Virus record (IMG/VR): IMGVR_UViG_3300020044_008732
Span: 1 to 43,619 of that record
Source: a virus
Lineage: Duplodnaviria > Caudoviricetes
Length of the DNA stretch: 43,619 nucleotides
Direction: 5' to 3' (one strand)
The position numbers were made by a program, and so were the translations under genes. Position 1 is the stretch's first letter. Each line of letters begins with the position of its first letter. Below, piece by piece: positions 18,908 to 29,492 of the stretch. The notes beneath the pieces are model-generated. The model made no database searches, had not been told where the DNA came from, and worked only from the letters and a program-made list of their open reading frames with translations.

Positions 18908-20476
18908 ATGCCTTATCCTCCGTATCCTGCGCGTGTTACCAACTTTGTTCAGGCGGCGGATGCCGGACTGGAGTCTCCAGCTCCAGCCGGGGTGGATTCC
19001 GAACTCAACAACCTCATAAACATCATCAACCAGCTCGTCTTACGTCATCGTGCGATTACGACTGTCGGAGGGGCGCTCCAGAATGTTGCTGCCGCGACTG
19101 CGCAAGCTTTAGCGGGTACACAGGACATCACTGCAACTGCCGCTCAGACGGTTTTCACGACCACCATAGAATGGGCGGCGTTCTCGTCCTCTAATGTTTT
19201 CGTCTTCGTCAATAACGTGAAACTCGCTACCACAGCGGTAGCCGTAGCGGACGCAGGCGGGTTTCTCCAAGTTACTATCCCCGCGCAGGCGGCGGGGAAC
19301 ATCGTCACGGTCGCGGCGTTTGAATCCGGGGCTGGGTTGCTGACCAAACTCCAGACAATCTCTGCAACCGCTGGTGCCTCTCTTATCGCTATCAACGACG
19401 CGGGTGGTCTGTACACGGCTGTCCAAGTAGAAGAAGCGCTCCAAGAGGTGAAGCTAGCGCTGAATGCGTTTATCGCCGCCGTCGGCCCGACGGCGGATCT
19501 CATCAAACGCACCGGAGCGGTAGCCTTTACTGCAAACCAACCTCTCGGCGGGAACCGCCTCACAGGGGTCGGCGACGGTATAGACCCACAAGACGCTGTC
19601 ACGGTTAGTCAGTTTAACGCTTTCACTACCGTCTGGAACGCGCTAGAGGCATACTTCCTGCGCTTAGACGGGTCTACCCCCATGGCTTCGTCTTTGCCGA
19701 TGGGGAATAACAAGATTACTGGCCTCCTCGCCGGGACAGCCCCGCAAGATGGGGTGAACTTCACCCAGCTCGACACGAAAGTGAACAAAGCAGGGGACAC
19801 CATGACTGGCCCATTGAACATGGGCAGCCAACTCATCACGAACTTAGCAAACCCGACTGCGGAAACAGACGCGATCAATCTCCAAACCGCCCGCACAATC
19901 GCGGCGGCTTTTGCCACCCGAGCGCAGTTCGCTGCGGCGGGAACATTCGCCTTTATCGTGCCCGCTGGGGTGACTCGGTTGAAAGCCCGCGCGTGGGCGG
20001 GCGGAGGCGGAGGCACCGGGGTCGGGGACAACACGCAAGGATACGGGGGTGGTGGAGGCGGATACGGTGAAGCCGTTCTCACCGTGACGCCAGGAGAAAC
20101 GCTAACGATTGCCGTCGGGGCTGGTGGGGGTGTAAACGACACCGGGGGAGACACGACGATATCTCGCTTAGCCACCGCCTTAATAACCTGCGGAGGAGGG
20201 CTCCGTGGAGGGCTCACCGGGACGGGTGGGGTAGTGACCTTTGACCCTTCAGTGGTAGGTTTCGGGATACAAGGGGGCGGTGGTGGCGCGCACTTCCGTC
20301 AGGCTGGAAATGGAGATACTATCATGCAGGCAGCGGGGGGAGATTCCCCGCAAGGAGGCCAAGGGGGCCGGGGCGGAAACTTAGGATCGGCAGGTACGGC
20401 TCCTGGTGGGGGCGGATCAGGTACTTGGGGCGGCGGAGCAAGCGGCGCAGCAGGACGCGTTGAGTTGGAGTACTAA
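18908..20476 (+). CDS. Tail fibre with adhesin-type neck repeats and Gly-rich C-terminal domain
   Basis: Three (R/K/L)(L/I)T.......DAV/DGV/DAI repeats; FIVPAGVTRLKARAWAGGGGG Gly-rich domain. Confidence 0.75.
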   Translation: MPYPPYPARVTNFVQAADAGLESPAPAGVDSELNNLINIINQLVLRHRAITTVGGALQNVAAATAQALAGTQDITATAAQTVFTTTIEWAAFSSSNVFVFVNNVKLATTAVAVADAGGFLQVTIPAQAAGNIVTVAAFESGAGLLTKLQTISATAGASLIAINDAGGLYTAVQVEEALQEVKLALNAFIAAVGPTADLIKRTGAVAFTANQPLGGNRLTGVGDGIDPQDAVTVSQFNAFTTVWNALEAYFLRLDGSTPMASSLPMGNNKITGLLAGTAPQDGVNFTQLDTKVNKAGDTMTGPLNMGSQLITNLANPTAETDAINLQTARTIAAAFATRAQFAAAGTFAFIVPAGVTRLKARAWAGGGGGTGVGDNTQGYGGGGGGYGEAVLTVTPGETLTIAVGAGGGVNDTGGDTTISRLATALITCGGGLRGGLTGTGGVVTFDPSVVGFGIQGGGGGAHFRQAGNGDTIMQAAGGDSPQGGQGGRGGNLGSAGTAPGGGGSGTWGGGASGAAGRVELEY

Positions 20477-20478
20477 CA

Positions 20479-21519
20479 ATGCAATATTCGAACGACGGAT
20501 ACCGAGCTTATCAAGCAAACGCGGCGCAATCCTATTCCCCGACGCCGGGGCAAGCGCAGACGCGGACTATCGGCGGGTCGCAGTACAACCCCTACGGTGG
20601 GTATACTTATACGACCAACATGCGTGGGTCAGATTTTGTGCGCCGGAACGTCCAACAGGACCTGAACCCGGCATTCAGTAACGGCGCGCCAAACCAGAAC
20701 GCGATTCTGGGCGGCGCGTCCATGGGCATTTCTCAGATACCTCGAGCCATTTCTGGGTATCGCGCGTACAAGAAAGCTCAAAAATGGGACCGCGCGCAGC
20801 AAGCCGCATGGGAGGAGGCCCAGCGAGATTTACAGGCACGCGCGCCCACGGAGTACCTAGGCTCCATAGATCCCACGTCTCGCGTGCACATAGAAGCTCA
20901 AAACCGCCTCAACTCGGGTCGTGCGATGTCACAGACCGAAATCGCTCAGGCGTATCAACAAGAGCAAGAAGCCATCCAACGTGGCCAATACGAACAGGCG
21001 ATCAACGCCTACTTCAGTGATCCCGCACGTTCCGGTTGGCAGCAGCAGGTTGTTCAAGACCGCCTAAACAACGACCTTGCGCAGGTGTCGGATCAATACA
21101 CCCAAGACCTCCTACGTTCTGTGCACGGTGCAGCGTCACGCGGGTTACGCGGGGGTTCTGTTGACGTGGAAGGACGAGGGGAAGCCTCTCGTATTCGAGA
21201 CACGCGGGCTATCGGTGCCGCCGCAGACGCAGATTCGCAACGTTTTGCGTTCCAGAACCGAGACCAGCGCGAACGCGCGAACCTACTCGGGTTAGTCAAT
21301 CAACGGGGTATTACGGATGGGCAGCAACTTTCTCAGGCGCTGCAAGGTATCCACACGCAGACCGCCGCAGAAGGAGCGCAGTACGCGTCCGGCCAGCGGC
21401 AGCGAGAAATAGATTTATTCGGTCAACAATCACAATCACAAGCGTACGGCCAAGGGTTGAACAGCATCGCTGGTTCAATTCGTAACCGATACGGGGGCAT
21501 GTCCCAAGGAGGCTTCTAA
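20479..21519 (+). CDS. Putative internal virion/ejection protein
   Basis: Gln/Ala/Gly-rich helical protein, ASRGLRGGS motif, after tail genes. Confidence 0.6.
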   Translation: MQYSNDGYRAYQANAAQSYSPTPGQAQTRTIGGSQYNPYGGYTYTTNMRGSDFVRRNVQQDLNPAFSNGAPNQNAILGGASMGISQIPRAISGYRAYKKAQKWDRAQQAAWEEAQRDLQARAPTEYLGSIDPTSRVHIEAQNRLNSGRAMSQTEIAQAYQQEQEAIQRGQYEQAINAYFSDPARSGWQQQVVQDRLNNDLAQVSDQYTQDLLRSVHGAASRGLRGGSVDVEGRGEASRIRDTRAIGAAADADSQRFAFQNRDQRERANLLGLVNQRGITDGQQLSQALQGIHTQTAAEGAQYASGQRQREIDLFGQQSQSQAYGQGLNSIAGSIRNRYGGMSQGGF

Positions 21520-22385
21520 TGGTATACGGTGCAATACTTGGCGCAGCGGGCGCAGGTCTCGGTGCATACGGGGCTCACCGCCAACAAGGCGCGATGGGCG
21601 ACGCAAACCAATGGTACAACAACCAGCTTCAGGGCTATTATGGGCGGCAACAGGACCAGGCTCGGCAAGACCAGACCGCGTACAACCAGCTCAGCAACCG
21701 GAGCATGGACAACCTAGGCGGTGCTCTCCAGGGGTACATGGCCACGCCCTACGGGCGACAAGCCGGGGATACCTCGATGTCGCAAGCGGCTCTCCAGCAG
21801 GTGGGTTCAGGTGGAAACCCCGGGCAAGGTGCGGGACTTGGAGGCGCGGCTCTAACGTGGGGGCGTGGTATCGCCGAACGCAATCAAGGGTACAACGACC
21901 GTCAACAGCGTGTCGCGGGTAACGCGGCGGCGCAACAACGCCAGAGCTACGGGCAAAACACCGCGCTTACCGACTACGATATCGGGCAACAACGTCTCGG
22001 CGGTGAAGTCCAGGATCTCGGAGAACTCCAGGCGATCCGCCAAGCGGACTCCGAGCAGGAACTGCAACGCCTCAATAGCGCCGCGCAAGATAAGTTCCGT
22101 TACGCTCAGGGCGTGGGGGAAGACCTGATGATGATCGGCGGGTTGATGGGGGCAGGGGGTGGGCTAGCAGATTTATATGGCCCCGGTGCAGGTGGCACAA
22201 CACGTGCACGGACCAGCACAACCCCCGGTGGGGACAGCAGTCGAACCGCTCGCGGAGGACGCCAAACCGCCACAGCGAACTGGTCCCCTACTGGGCGTCA
22301 GGCCGGCGGTGGGTATCAATCTTCTCCCGTCATCCCGCAGAGTGGCGGTTATTACAGCGGTTTACGCGAATACGGAGCATACTAA
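21519..22385 (+). CDS. Putative internal virion/ejection protein
   Basis: N-terminal GAILGAAGAGLGAYG hydrophobic Gly stretch, Gln-rich. Confidence 0.6.
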   Translation: MVYGAILGAAGAGLGAYGAHRQQGAMGDANQWYNNQLQGYYGRQQDQARQDQTAYNQLSNRSMDNLGGALQGYMATPYGRQAGDTSMSQAALQQVGSGGNPGQGAGLGGAALTWGRGIAERNQGYNDRQQRVAGNAAAQQRQSYGQNTALTDYDIGQQRLGGEVQDLGELQAIRQADSEQELQRLNSAAQDKFRYAQGVGEDLMMIGGLMGAGGGLADLYGPGAGGTTRARTSTTPGGDSSRTARGGRQTATANWSPTGRQAGGGYQSSPVIPQSGGYYSGLREYGAY

Positions 22386-23272
22386 TGATCCCTGCCCCTC
22401 GCTTCGATTACCAAGCTGCCGCGACTCCTGGTGGGATCTACCAGGGGTTAGGCGCGTTAGCTGGCGCAGCCTCCGAGGCTTTTGCTGTCAACCGCAAAGC
22501 GAAACAAGACCAAGCAATCGCCGAACAGGCTGCGATGCGGGAAGAACGAAAACACCAGCAAGGGCTCGCGCGCATCGCGGCGCAAGACGCCCAATACGAA
22601 CGTACGTACACTGGGCAGCAGGACGCGGCTAACCGCACTGCGCAGCATCAGAACAGTATGCTCGGCATCGCGCAACAGCGCTTACAGAACGAGCAAGAGC
22701 ACAGGATGAACCCGCCTGCCCGACAAGCTCCTATGCTCAGCCCCGAAGACCAAGAGTACAGGCGGTCTCTGACCGAGCGCAATCGCGCCGAGACCGAACG
22801 GCTAAAGAACCAAGCCCCCCCACTAGGACGGCCCCCTACCCCCGCAGAGCAGATCCGGATGGATGAGATCGATGCAGATGCTTATGCGGCGCAGGAGGTG
22901 GAAAAATGGGTTGGCCAGGAGAATGCGGCTCGGGCGGCGAACCACGGGGGTGGGTGGTTTTCTGGCGCAGCCCCGACAGTAAATCTAGTGGAGAGAAGCC
23001 AGAGAAAGGATGCGATACGGACGCAACGATTAGCAGAGTTACAACGTTCACGCAACAAAACTGCCCCTCAAGGAGGTGTCAGCGGACTCCCGCAAGGAAG
23101 GTCTTCCTTTCTACGTCAGGAAGCCCTCAAGCGTTTTGGCGGACAACTTCCGGCGGAAGTCGAGATGTCGCTGCAAGAAGCAGAGAACGGTGACACAGAT
23201 TCGCAAGACGAACTAGAGGAGTTGCTTATGCCACGCCGACAAGTAGACCTCTTAGACCAGCCGCTACAATAG
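22385..23272 (+). CDS. Putative internal virion/ejection protein
   Basis: GLGALAGAA segment plus Gln/Arg/Glu coiled coil. Confidence 0.55.
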   Translation: MIPAPRFDYQAAATPGGIYQGLGALAGAASEAFAVNRKAKQDQAIAEQAAMREERKHQQGLARIAAQDAQYERTYTGQQDAANRTAQHQNSMLGIAQQRLQNEQEHRMNPPARQAPMLSPEDQEYRRSLTERNRAETERLKNQAPPLGRPPTPAEQIRMDEIDADAYAAQEVEKWVGQENAARAANHGGGWFSGAAPTVNLVERSQRKDAIRTQRLAELQRSRNKTAPQGGVSGLPQGRSSFLRQEALKRFGGQLPAEVEMSLQEAENGDTDSQDELEELLMPRRQVDLLDQPLQ

Positions 23273-23280
23273 GGAGCCCC

Positions 23281-26200
23281 ATGCCGCGTCGCAATCTTGC
23301 CTCCTTATTTGCGCCACCTACCCCAGAGCCCGCGCCAACGCCAGCGGCGCTGCCTGCGCATATCCAACGGCCACAAAGCGCTGTTGGGGGGTTAGAGGCG
23401 CTCGCCTCGCAAGGTTTGCAGATGATGCCGGGCGGAGGGCACCGCCCCGGTGCGCCAGCGTTTGCGCAAGACCCCGCTGCGACACGCGGGTTTACGCCCG
23501 CGCCTCCCCAGGCAACAAGCCGCCCTTACGAGCCGGGGCTGTTTGAACGGGTTTCAGGTGGGTTGTCTTCGTTAGCGCGAGCGGCGGATCAAGGGGTCCA
23601 GCACGCGGTGGACCAGCAAGCCATCGCGCTGGCGAAAACTGCCTCCATTATGGGGGCAGTGGAACCGACGACGGTGAAGCGCTTACAAGCCGACGTGGAC
23701 CGTTCAGAGGCTCTTCGTACGCTCCCCTCGACAGGGACTTTAGCGGACGAGATTTCTCCCTACGTGCGCGAAACCACAAACCTCGGCACCCATATTGCCC
23801 CTTTCTTTATCCCCGGCGGAACCGCCGCTGCCGCCCCTCTGCTTATGGGCGAAACCACGTACGACGCTGCCGAAGAAGGCGTAAACCCTTACGAGGCTGT
23901 CGGAGTCGGCGGGCTCCGTGGCGTTGCTTCCGCAGCGTTACCTTTCGCCGCTGCACGCGGTGCAGCGGCTATCCAACGCGTAGCGCCACAGCTCCCGGCT
24001 TCAGTTCTGGCGACAGGTTCTGGTGTAGCGGTCGGCGCAGGACTCCCTCTCGCAGATGCCGCCGCGTACCAAACGGTGGGGATGGACGAGCGTGCTCAAC
24101 AAGCGCTAGGTTCGACTGGGCTAAGCTCCGGCGTCGGCGGTTTGATGGGTCTCGGCAGTACCTTCCTCTCCCGAGGCCGTGTCGCGCCGGTACCAGCCCC
24201 GCAACGCCCTGCGCAGCAGCCTCTATCACCGGAAATCACCGCGCGACAGCATAATTTAGACCCTATCCAACGTGACATCACACCTGAGATGTACGCATCT
24301 TCGACTACTCTTGACCCTGTTATAGTAGACGCGGGGGGCTTACCTAGGATAGGCACTCCAGGCCGCTTCGTTCGGACTGGCGATACACCTGCGGTTGGTC
24401 CAGACGGTTTACCGTTAGGCACTCCAGGCCGCTTCATTCGGACTGGCGATACACCTGCGGCGGGCCCTGAAGGCTACCGCGAACAGGTCGCGGCCCCTCG
24501 AGTTCCTGAAGGCTACCGTACCCCGCTACGTGAACAGAACATCCAACCACAACGTCAAGACCCCACGGTCTACGGGCTCGACCCCGTTATCGCATACAAC
24601 GAGCGTGTGCCTGTCGCTCCTCCCCTTACCTCAACTTCAGCGCAAACGCCGAAGAGGGCTGCCCCAACGACCCGCCCAGTCAAGCCCGAGTACGGAACAA
24701 CCACGGAGCAAGATCTCGCGTCGGTGCGCCCACGCGTAGACATCGACCAGTCACTACCAGAGACGTCAGAGTTTCCTGCGGTAGCGTCGCCACGCCCGGA
24801 CGCAGACACACCCACTCGTCTAGACACGCCAAACCCCGTCTCTACCCCTATACCACCTCCTAACCCCGGGCGGTTCAGTCTCAGGGGTAATGCAGTGCGG
24901 CGCGGGGCAGCAGACCTTGGAGGGCCTACCGCGCAACCGGGGGATGGCCTCGCCCACCTGTCGCCAGAAGCTCAGACCTACGTCCGTAGCCTTCCTGGCG
25001 ATGCGCGCGCACGGCTTCAACCGTCTATCGAATATTTCAAAGGTGCCCCGGACCCGCAAGGGGACAAGGCCAACCTAGAGATGCTTGCCGGAGTGAAAAC
25101 GAAAACAGCGAAAACAGCGGAAACAGCGAAAACAACGGAAACAACGGAAACAACGGAAACAACGGAACCAGCGGAACCGGGGCGGTTCAGTATTAAAAGC
25201 GACGCTACACGGCGCGGCGCAGTCCCTATAGGCAACACCCCCACACCGAAAGGGCCTGCTACCCCAGCCGACCCCCCTCAGAGCGGCAGCGTTCGACGGG
25301 CGCTCGACACCTACCATGAACGGATCTGGAAAGTCTTAGCGAATAAACCCGAGGGCAAAGCCGTCGGTCAAAAGGCTCGCGACACGTTGACATTAGCAAA
25401 AGAGTTCGAAGGGGTTCTAAGCGGTGACGCGTTCAAAGCGAAGAAGTCGGTACAAGGGAGCGGAAAAGGCCGCGCAGCGCGCAAGTCTTTCGCAGAACAA
25501 CGCCGTAACGGCGACGCGGTTTACGCGCGTGTCCACGACGTGTTAGAAGGGCGCGTAGTTACCCGCCCAGAGGAGGCCGACTTTGTAGCGAAGTTCCGCC
25601 CTTTGCATTACAAATCGGGCTTGATAAACCAGAGGATCGGCGTCAAGATCCAAACGAAAGACGGAGAGGTACCTTTTACCGCTGACCAACGTCGACTTCA
25701 CGCCCCTCGGGTCCACACGGACGAGCTCCTCTATTTATCGCAACGACCAAACGATCCCGCCACGATCAAACTCATCGACGTCCTCTCGAAAGAAAACCCG
25801 GGAGTGTCAATCAAGAAGATCCAAGAAGAGCTGTCTGACTTCGGTTCTTTAGCGCTCACACGTCGCGGCATGACCGAAGACTCCCGTGTCATCGAGAACT
25901 TCCCCACGCACTTCTATGACCATAAAGGGCGGTTGATCCAACTGCTGTCGGACGATCCTGCGAAACTCGTCGACACTATCGCGGTTCGTATGCCCGCCCG
26001 TTCCGCGTTCATCGCGAAATTCGGTCAAGAAGCGGTGCCGAAGGATTTCCAGGACTTACTCAAAGATTCCTCTGCTCCCGACGTTCGCCAAGCGGCTGAA
26101 AATACTTTTCGGGCGCTTAACCATATGCGCCTTCCGGACATAGGCGAAAGCACCTTTGCGGGTGCAACGGGACGCCCTGGCAGCGCCCGCCGTAAAACGT

Positions 26201-27762
26201 TCGAAACCTTAGGGCAGGCGTGGAACGTCGAAAAGGCGCTGAAGCTGTCCTCCGCGTTCATCCCGAACACTTTCGAACTCGCCGGTAAAGCCATGTCCCT
26301 CTCCGGACGGCGGAACATGGCGAAAGCAGCCATCAAATACTTAGGTACTTCGGGAAAGAAGCGAGAAGCTATCCGCGTGGACCAAGCAAACCGCGCCGTC
26401 ATTACCCGAGATCTCACGGACTGGTATTGGAACCGCAGCGACAAAACCGAGAGCGTAGGGAGATACCTCTCGAACATTCTTCACTCCCCCGTAAAGGCAT
26501 TGAACGAGTTCGGCGAATCCGCAGCAGGGATCGCCATGCAATCGTGGGCGAAGCAACTCCAAAACGGTAAGGGAGGCGCGGTAGACCGTATCAACTTGCT
26601 CGCGATGGACTTCACCCCGCTAGAAGTGCAGAAGATCCTCAAGGGTGGGTTTAGCGAACGGGTGTCGGATGACATTCAACGCCGTGCGGTCGAGTATTCT
26701 CTGTCGTCCACGTCTCAGCCTGCGGAAGTTTCTCGCTTACAGAACAGCGGAGCGTGGAGGTTCAGCACGATTGGCGACCGTTTCGGCTCCGCGAACTTTA
26801 ACCGTAACTTGAACCTGCTTTTAACCGCCGGGAAGAACGCGCTGGAAGATTCCGGCGTACCTTTCCCGAAATACGTCGAAAGCGTGTTGAAAGCTCTCCC
26901 GCCCTCTGCGCGAGAAGCCGCAAGCAAAGTGCGTTCGGTAGGCGCGTCCGCGCGGGCCGTAGGCCGCATGACTGTCAACCAAACGGTAGCAGCGGGGTCC
27001 GCTCTTATGTTGGGTGCCTTCTTAAAAGGGGAGGGGGAAGCCCTCCTCGACCGTCTCGAGTCTGGGGAAGGAAAACAGGATTTCGTCGTTGACGCGCTGC
27101 AATACGCAGCGGGCGGGACAGTAGCGAACTTCGCTGGAGCCGGAACCGACACCGAGAGGTCTGTTGCTGACCGTATTGCGCGGAACTTCCTCCCCGCCAA
27201 CAAGATCCAAGAGCTCCGTGACTTTATGCACGGAGAGGGGGCGTATGCCACGAGCGACGGCACTCTCGAAAGCGCGACCACGTACCTGCGCCGAAACACT
27301 TCTATCACCCCGATTGTCGCGCATACAGCGGGCGTCATCGGTCTAGCTGACCCTACCCCAGAGCTTCAAGGCGCACAGAAACAGCTCAAGTCCTGGCAAA
27401 TGCGCCACGACCCGCAGCAGTATTCTGTAGTCAAAAACCGCGAGGAAGCCTCTAGGGCCTTCTCCGCCGCGATGAGCAAAGCAGCTAAAGCGATCCAGAA
27501 CGGCAACGACCCGACGCCTGAAATTGAGAAGGCGTTCGCTATGGACGGCAAGAAGGGCGAGAGCCTCGCGCAAAGTCTGCGTAGTCGCCGGGTGCTTGCG
27601 CAGTACGATGCCTCTGTTTCCGACCCCCCGGAGAAACAACAGCAGAAGGCGGAAAAACTGGCGGCGCTGACCGAACAGCTCGGCGCGCGGTCGGTCTCTC
27701 ATCTCCGCGATTATGACGCTTTGCTGGAAGAATGGGCAAAAGCCGTTAAAGAAGTGAAGTAA
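23281..27762 (+). CDS. Large DNA-transfer/ejection protein (1493 aa)
   Basis: Last and largest structural-arm gene; hydrophobic Gly/Ala segments, Pro-rich linker, helical C-terminal region. Confidence 0.65.
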   Translation: MPRRNLASLFAPPTPEPAPTPAALPAHIQRPQSAVGGLEALASQGLQMMPGGGHRPGAPAFAQDPAATRGFTPAPPQATSRPYEPGLFERVSGGLSSLARAADQGVQHAVDQQAIALAKTASIMGAVEPTTVKRLQADVDRSEALRTLPSTGTLADEISPYVRETTNLGTHIAPFFIPGGTAAAAPLLMGETTYDAAEEGVNPYEAVGVGGLRGVASAALPFAAARGAAAIQRVAPQLPASVLATGSGVAVGAGLPLADAAAYQTVGMDERAQQALGSTGLSSGVGGLMGLGSTFLSRGRVAPVPAPQRPAQQPLSPEITARQHNLDPIQRDITPEMYASSTTLDPVIVDAGGLPRIGTPGRFVRTGDTPAVGPDGLPLGTPGRFIRTGDTPAAGPEGYREQVAAPRVPEGYRTPLREQNIQPQRQDPTVYGLDPVIAYNERVPVAPPLTSTSAQTPKRAAPTTRPVKPEYGTTTEQDLASVRPRVDIDQSLPETSEFPAVASPRPDADTPTRLDTPNPVSTPIPPPNPGRFSLRGNAVRRGAADLGGPTAQPGDGLAHLSPEAQTYVRSLPGDARARLQPSIEYFKGAPDPQGDKANLEMLAGVKTKTAKTAETAKTTETTETTETTEPAEPGRFSIKSDATRRGAVPIGNTPTPKGPATPADPPQSGSVRRALDTYHERIWKVLANKPEGKAVGQKARDTLTLAKEFEGVLSGDAFKAKKSVQGSGKGRAARKSFAEQRRNGDAVYARVHDVLEGRVVTRPEEADFVAKFRPLHYKSGLINQRIGVKIQTKDGEVPFTADQRRLHAPRVHTDELLYLSQRPNDPATIKLIDVLSKENPGVSIKKIQEELSDFGSLALTRRGMTEDSRVIENFPTHFYDHKGRLIQLLSDDPAKLVDTIAVRMPARSAFIAKFGQEAVPKDFQDLLKDSSAPDVRQAAENTFRALNHMRLPDIGESTFAGATGRPGSARRKTFETLGQAWNVEKALKLSSAFIPNTFELAGKAMSLSGRRNMAKAAIKYLGTSGKKREAIRVDQANRAVITRDLTDWYWNRSDKTESVGRYLSNILHSPVKALNEFGESAAGIAMQSWAKQLQNGKGGAVDRINLLAMDFTPLEVQKILKGGFSERVSDDIQRRAVEYSLSSTSQPAEVSRLQNSGAWRFSTIGDRFGSANFNRNLNLLLTAGKNALEDSGVPFPKYVESVLKALPPSAREAASKVRSVGASARAVGRMTVNQTVAAGSALMLGAFLKGEGEALLDRLESGEGKQDFVVDALQYAAGGTVANFAGAGTDTERSVADRIARNFLPANKIQELRDFMHGEGAYATSDGTLESATTYLRRNTSITPIVAHTAGVIGLADPTPELQGAQKQLKSWQMRHDPQQYSVVKNREEASRAFSAAMSKAAKAIQNGNDPTPEIEKAFAMDGKKGESLAQSLRSRRVLAQYDASVSDPPEKQQQKAEKLAALTEQLGARSVSHLRDYDALLEEWAKAVKEVK
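24350..24460 (+). repeat. 45-bp in-frame direct repeat x2, period 66 bp
   Basis: 24350-24394 and 24416-24460, one mismatch; encodes GTPGRF(V/I)RTGDTPA. Confidence 0.9.
25102..25173 (+). repeat. 9-bp tandem repeat x8 (KTA/ETA/KTT/ETT/EPA)
   Basis: (A/G)AA(A/C)CA(G/A)CG units. Confidence 0.9.
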
Positions 27763-28243
27763 GGAACTCGTCCAGAGTAACCCACGCTTCCGGGGCGTGG
27801 GCGTGGAAATACAGCATGCATCTGCACTCGCGGATGTCGTGGGCGTCCGCGTAAATAGGCGTGCGTTTCCCCTTCTTCGACAGCTTGTATTTCAACGGCA
27901 TAATCCCCGCTAACGCGTGCCTGTCCTCTTCTTTATACCCCTTCGTCCACGTTGTGGACGTGGCGAATCGGGCACGGTCTAACCCCACCGCGTGGGCGAG
28001 TTGAACCGCCGCTGCGACATTGAAGATCATCCACCTGCGGTGGCTGTGGCTTTCCGAGTGGTGCATAACCGGGCCCGCTATTTCGATGAGCACCGGGCCT
28101 TGTGCCGAAACACGTTTGAATACAGCGGGATGTTCCGACCACGGAGCTTTATGCGCCCACACCGCCCCGGTGTCGTCTACGACAGTGAAGTTGTTGAGGT
28201 CAATGTCTACGGCTGTTACGGGGCTTTTTAGCTGGTTTACCAC
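27746..28243 (-). CDS. Putative RuvC-like Holliday junction resolvase
   Basis: VTAVDID first strand, VLIE, late HDIRE acidic residues in RNase H-like order; end of recombination module. Confidence 0.45.
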   Translation of the reverse strand: MVNQLKSPVTAVDIDLNNFTVVDDTGAVWAHKAPWSEHPAVFKRVSAQGPVLIEIAGPVMHHSESHSHRRWMIFNVAAAVQLAHAVGLDRARFATSTTWTKGYKEEDRHALAGIMPLKYKLSKKGKRTPIYADAHDIRECRCMLYFHAHAPEAWVTLDEFLTSLL

Positions 28244-28376
28244 CTGGTTTTTCCTTTAAGAAAGCGCGTAGGCGCTCCGTGATGACCCGTGCGGGGGTGT
28301 TCGGCTCCCCTTCCGCTTGGAAGGTGATGGATACCCCTTTTGGGGTGTCTTGGATGGTGATTGTGTAGACGCTCAT
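28200..28376 (-). CDS. Small hypothetical protein (58 aa, MSVYTITIQDTPKG...)
   Basis: Not in ORF track; ATGA overlap with the exonuclease stop. Confidence 0.55.
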   Translation of the reverse strand: MSVYTITIQDTPKGVSITFQAEGEPNTPARVITERLRAFLKEKPGGKPAKKPRNSRRH

Positions 28377-29200
28377 AGTTCCGCCTTCCCGCTCGCAGCG
28401 GTAAAGGGTTTGTTGAATTGGCTGTCGGCTTTCTTGAGGTACTTATCGCGACACACTCCGGTGTAGGGGCAGAAGTCGTCGCCGCACGCATCGCCTAACA
28501 TCTGCGGGTAAGCCGTATCATAGAGGGTGTCGCCTGTCCAGTACTGGACGAGTTTCGGGAGGAGTTCCAACACGAAGGCAGGCTCTTCTTCCGTGGCGAA
28601 GTCTACGTCAATCGGGACGCACCACGCTGCGGTAAGCGAGTCCACGTAGATGGCGCGGACTTGCCGCGCACCCGTGGCCAAGCAATAGGACGCTAACTGT
28701 ATCAACGCCGCGCGTTTGATGCGCGACGGTTTGAGGCGCGTGGTCTTCAAGTCGCAGATGATGAGGCCGTCACTGGAAATCAGGTCGATGTGACCCTTCG
28801 GGCAGTTCTCGGCTTTGACTTCCGGTTCCGCCAACCAGTGGACACCCGCGGGGAGGGTAGGGACGTGGGCCAGAGCGAGACGGGCCGATGCCGTAGCGGA
28901 TTGGATCATCCGCGCACGGTCGCCGCCGAACAGGGACGCGGCGGCTTCGTATTCTTCCGCCGTAGGCGCGTAGTCTTTCGCTGGACCGGGAAATTTCGCC
29001 CTCATCCCGTCTTGCAAGATGAAGTGGATTACCGTGCCAAGCGCAGCGTTCGGTTTCGCGGTGTCGGGAACTTCCAAGTCCACCACACCTTCGTGGCGTG
29101 CGCGGTCGTAGGCCGCCCGCATAGAGCACCCCCAGTAATACCCGCTAGAGGAGGCGCGAGGCCACCACGGTTTCTTCTCTTCTGTGATCGGCTCGTCCAT
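28373..29200 (-). CDS. PD-(D/E)XK exonuclease, Cas4/RecB-like
   Basis: ASS...C, GTVIH, E, GHIDL, DLKT, QLASY, C-terminal C..FCPY..VC; SD AGGAG before ATG 29200. Confidence 0.85.
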   Translation of the reverse strand: MDEPITEEKKPWWPRASSSGYYWGCSMRAAYDRARHEGVVDLEVPDTAKPNAALGTVIHFILQDGMRAKFPGPAKDYAPTAEEYEAAASLFGGDRARMIQSATASARLALAHVPTLPAGVHWLAEPEVKAENCPKGHIDLISSDGLIICDLKTTRLKPSRIKRAALIQLASYCLATGARQVRAIYVDSLTAAWCVPIDVDFATEEEPAFVLELLPKLVQYWTGDTLYDTAYPQMLGDACGDDFCPYTGVCRDKYLKKADSQFNKPFTAASGKAEL

Positions 29201-29214
29201 GTTCTCTCCTAACT

Positions 29215-29243
29215 CAAAACCCACCCTGTTTTGCAGGGTGGGT
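29215..29243 (-). terminator. Rho-independent terminator (minus strand)
   Basis: ACCCACCCTG / CAGGGTGGGT stem followed by a T run on the minus strand. Confidence 0.65.
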
Positions 29244-29255
29244 GAGTGTGTTTAG

Positions 29256-29492
29256 CTAGATGTCTTCGGCTACCCGTATGGGGTAGCCTTCGAAGATGTC
29301 CCATTTACCTTTAAGCACTTCCGGGTGGCGGGCAGAAATCCATGACCATAGCTTGACGTATGCCTCGTTACGCCCGTCGTTTTTATCGCGCGCGTTGCGA
29401 TGAGCGTCTATGAAGCGCGCGAGCGTTAGGGCGTCCTCCCCGAAAAACTCGTAGACTCTCGGGGCTGGTTTATCTCGAGAGAACCAGCTCAC
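29256..29492 (-). CDS. Hypothetical protein
   Basis: 78 aa, GTGA overlap with the upstream gene. Confidence 0.65.
   Translation of the reverse strand: MSWFSRDKPAPRVYEFFGEDALTLARFIDAHRNARDKNDGRNEAYVKLWSWISARHPEVLKGKWDIFEGYPIRVAEDI

Noticed and set aside
28373-29200. CRISPR-associated Cas4
   Set aside because: Stand-alone Cas4-like exonucleases are common in phage recombination modules; no cas1/cas2 or array
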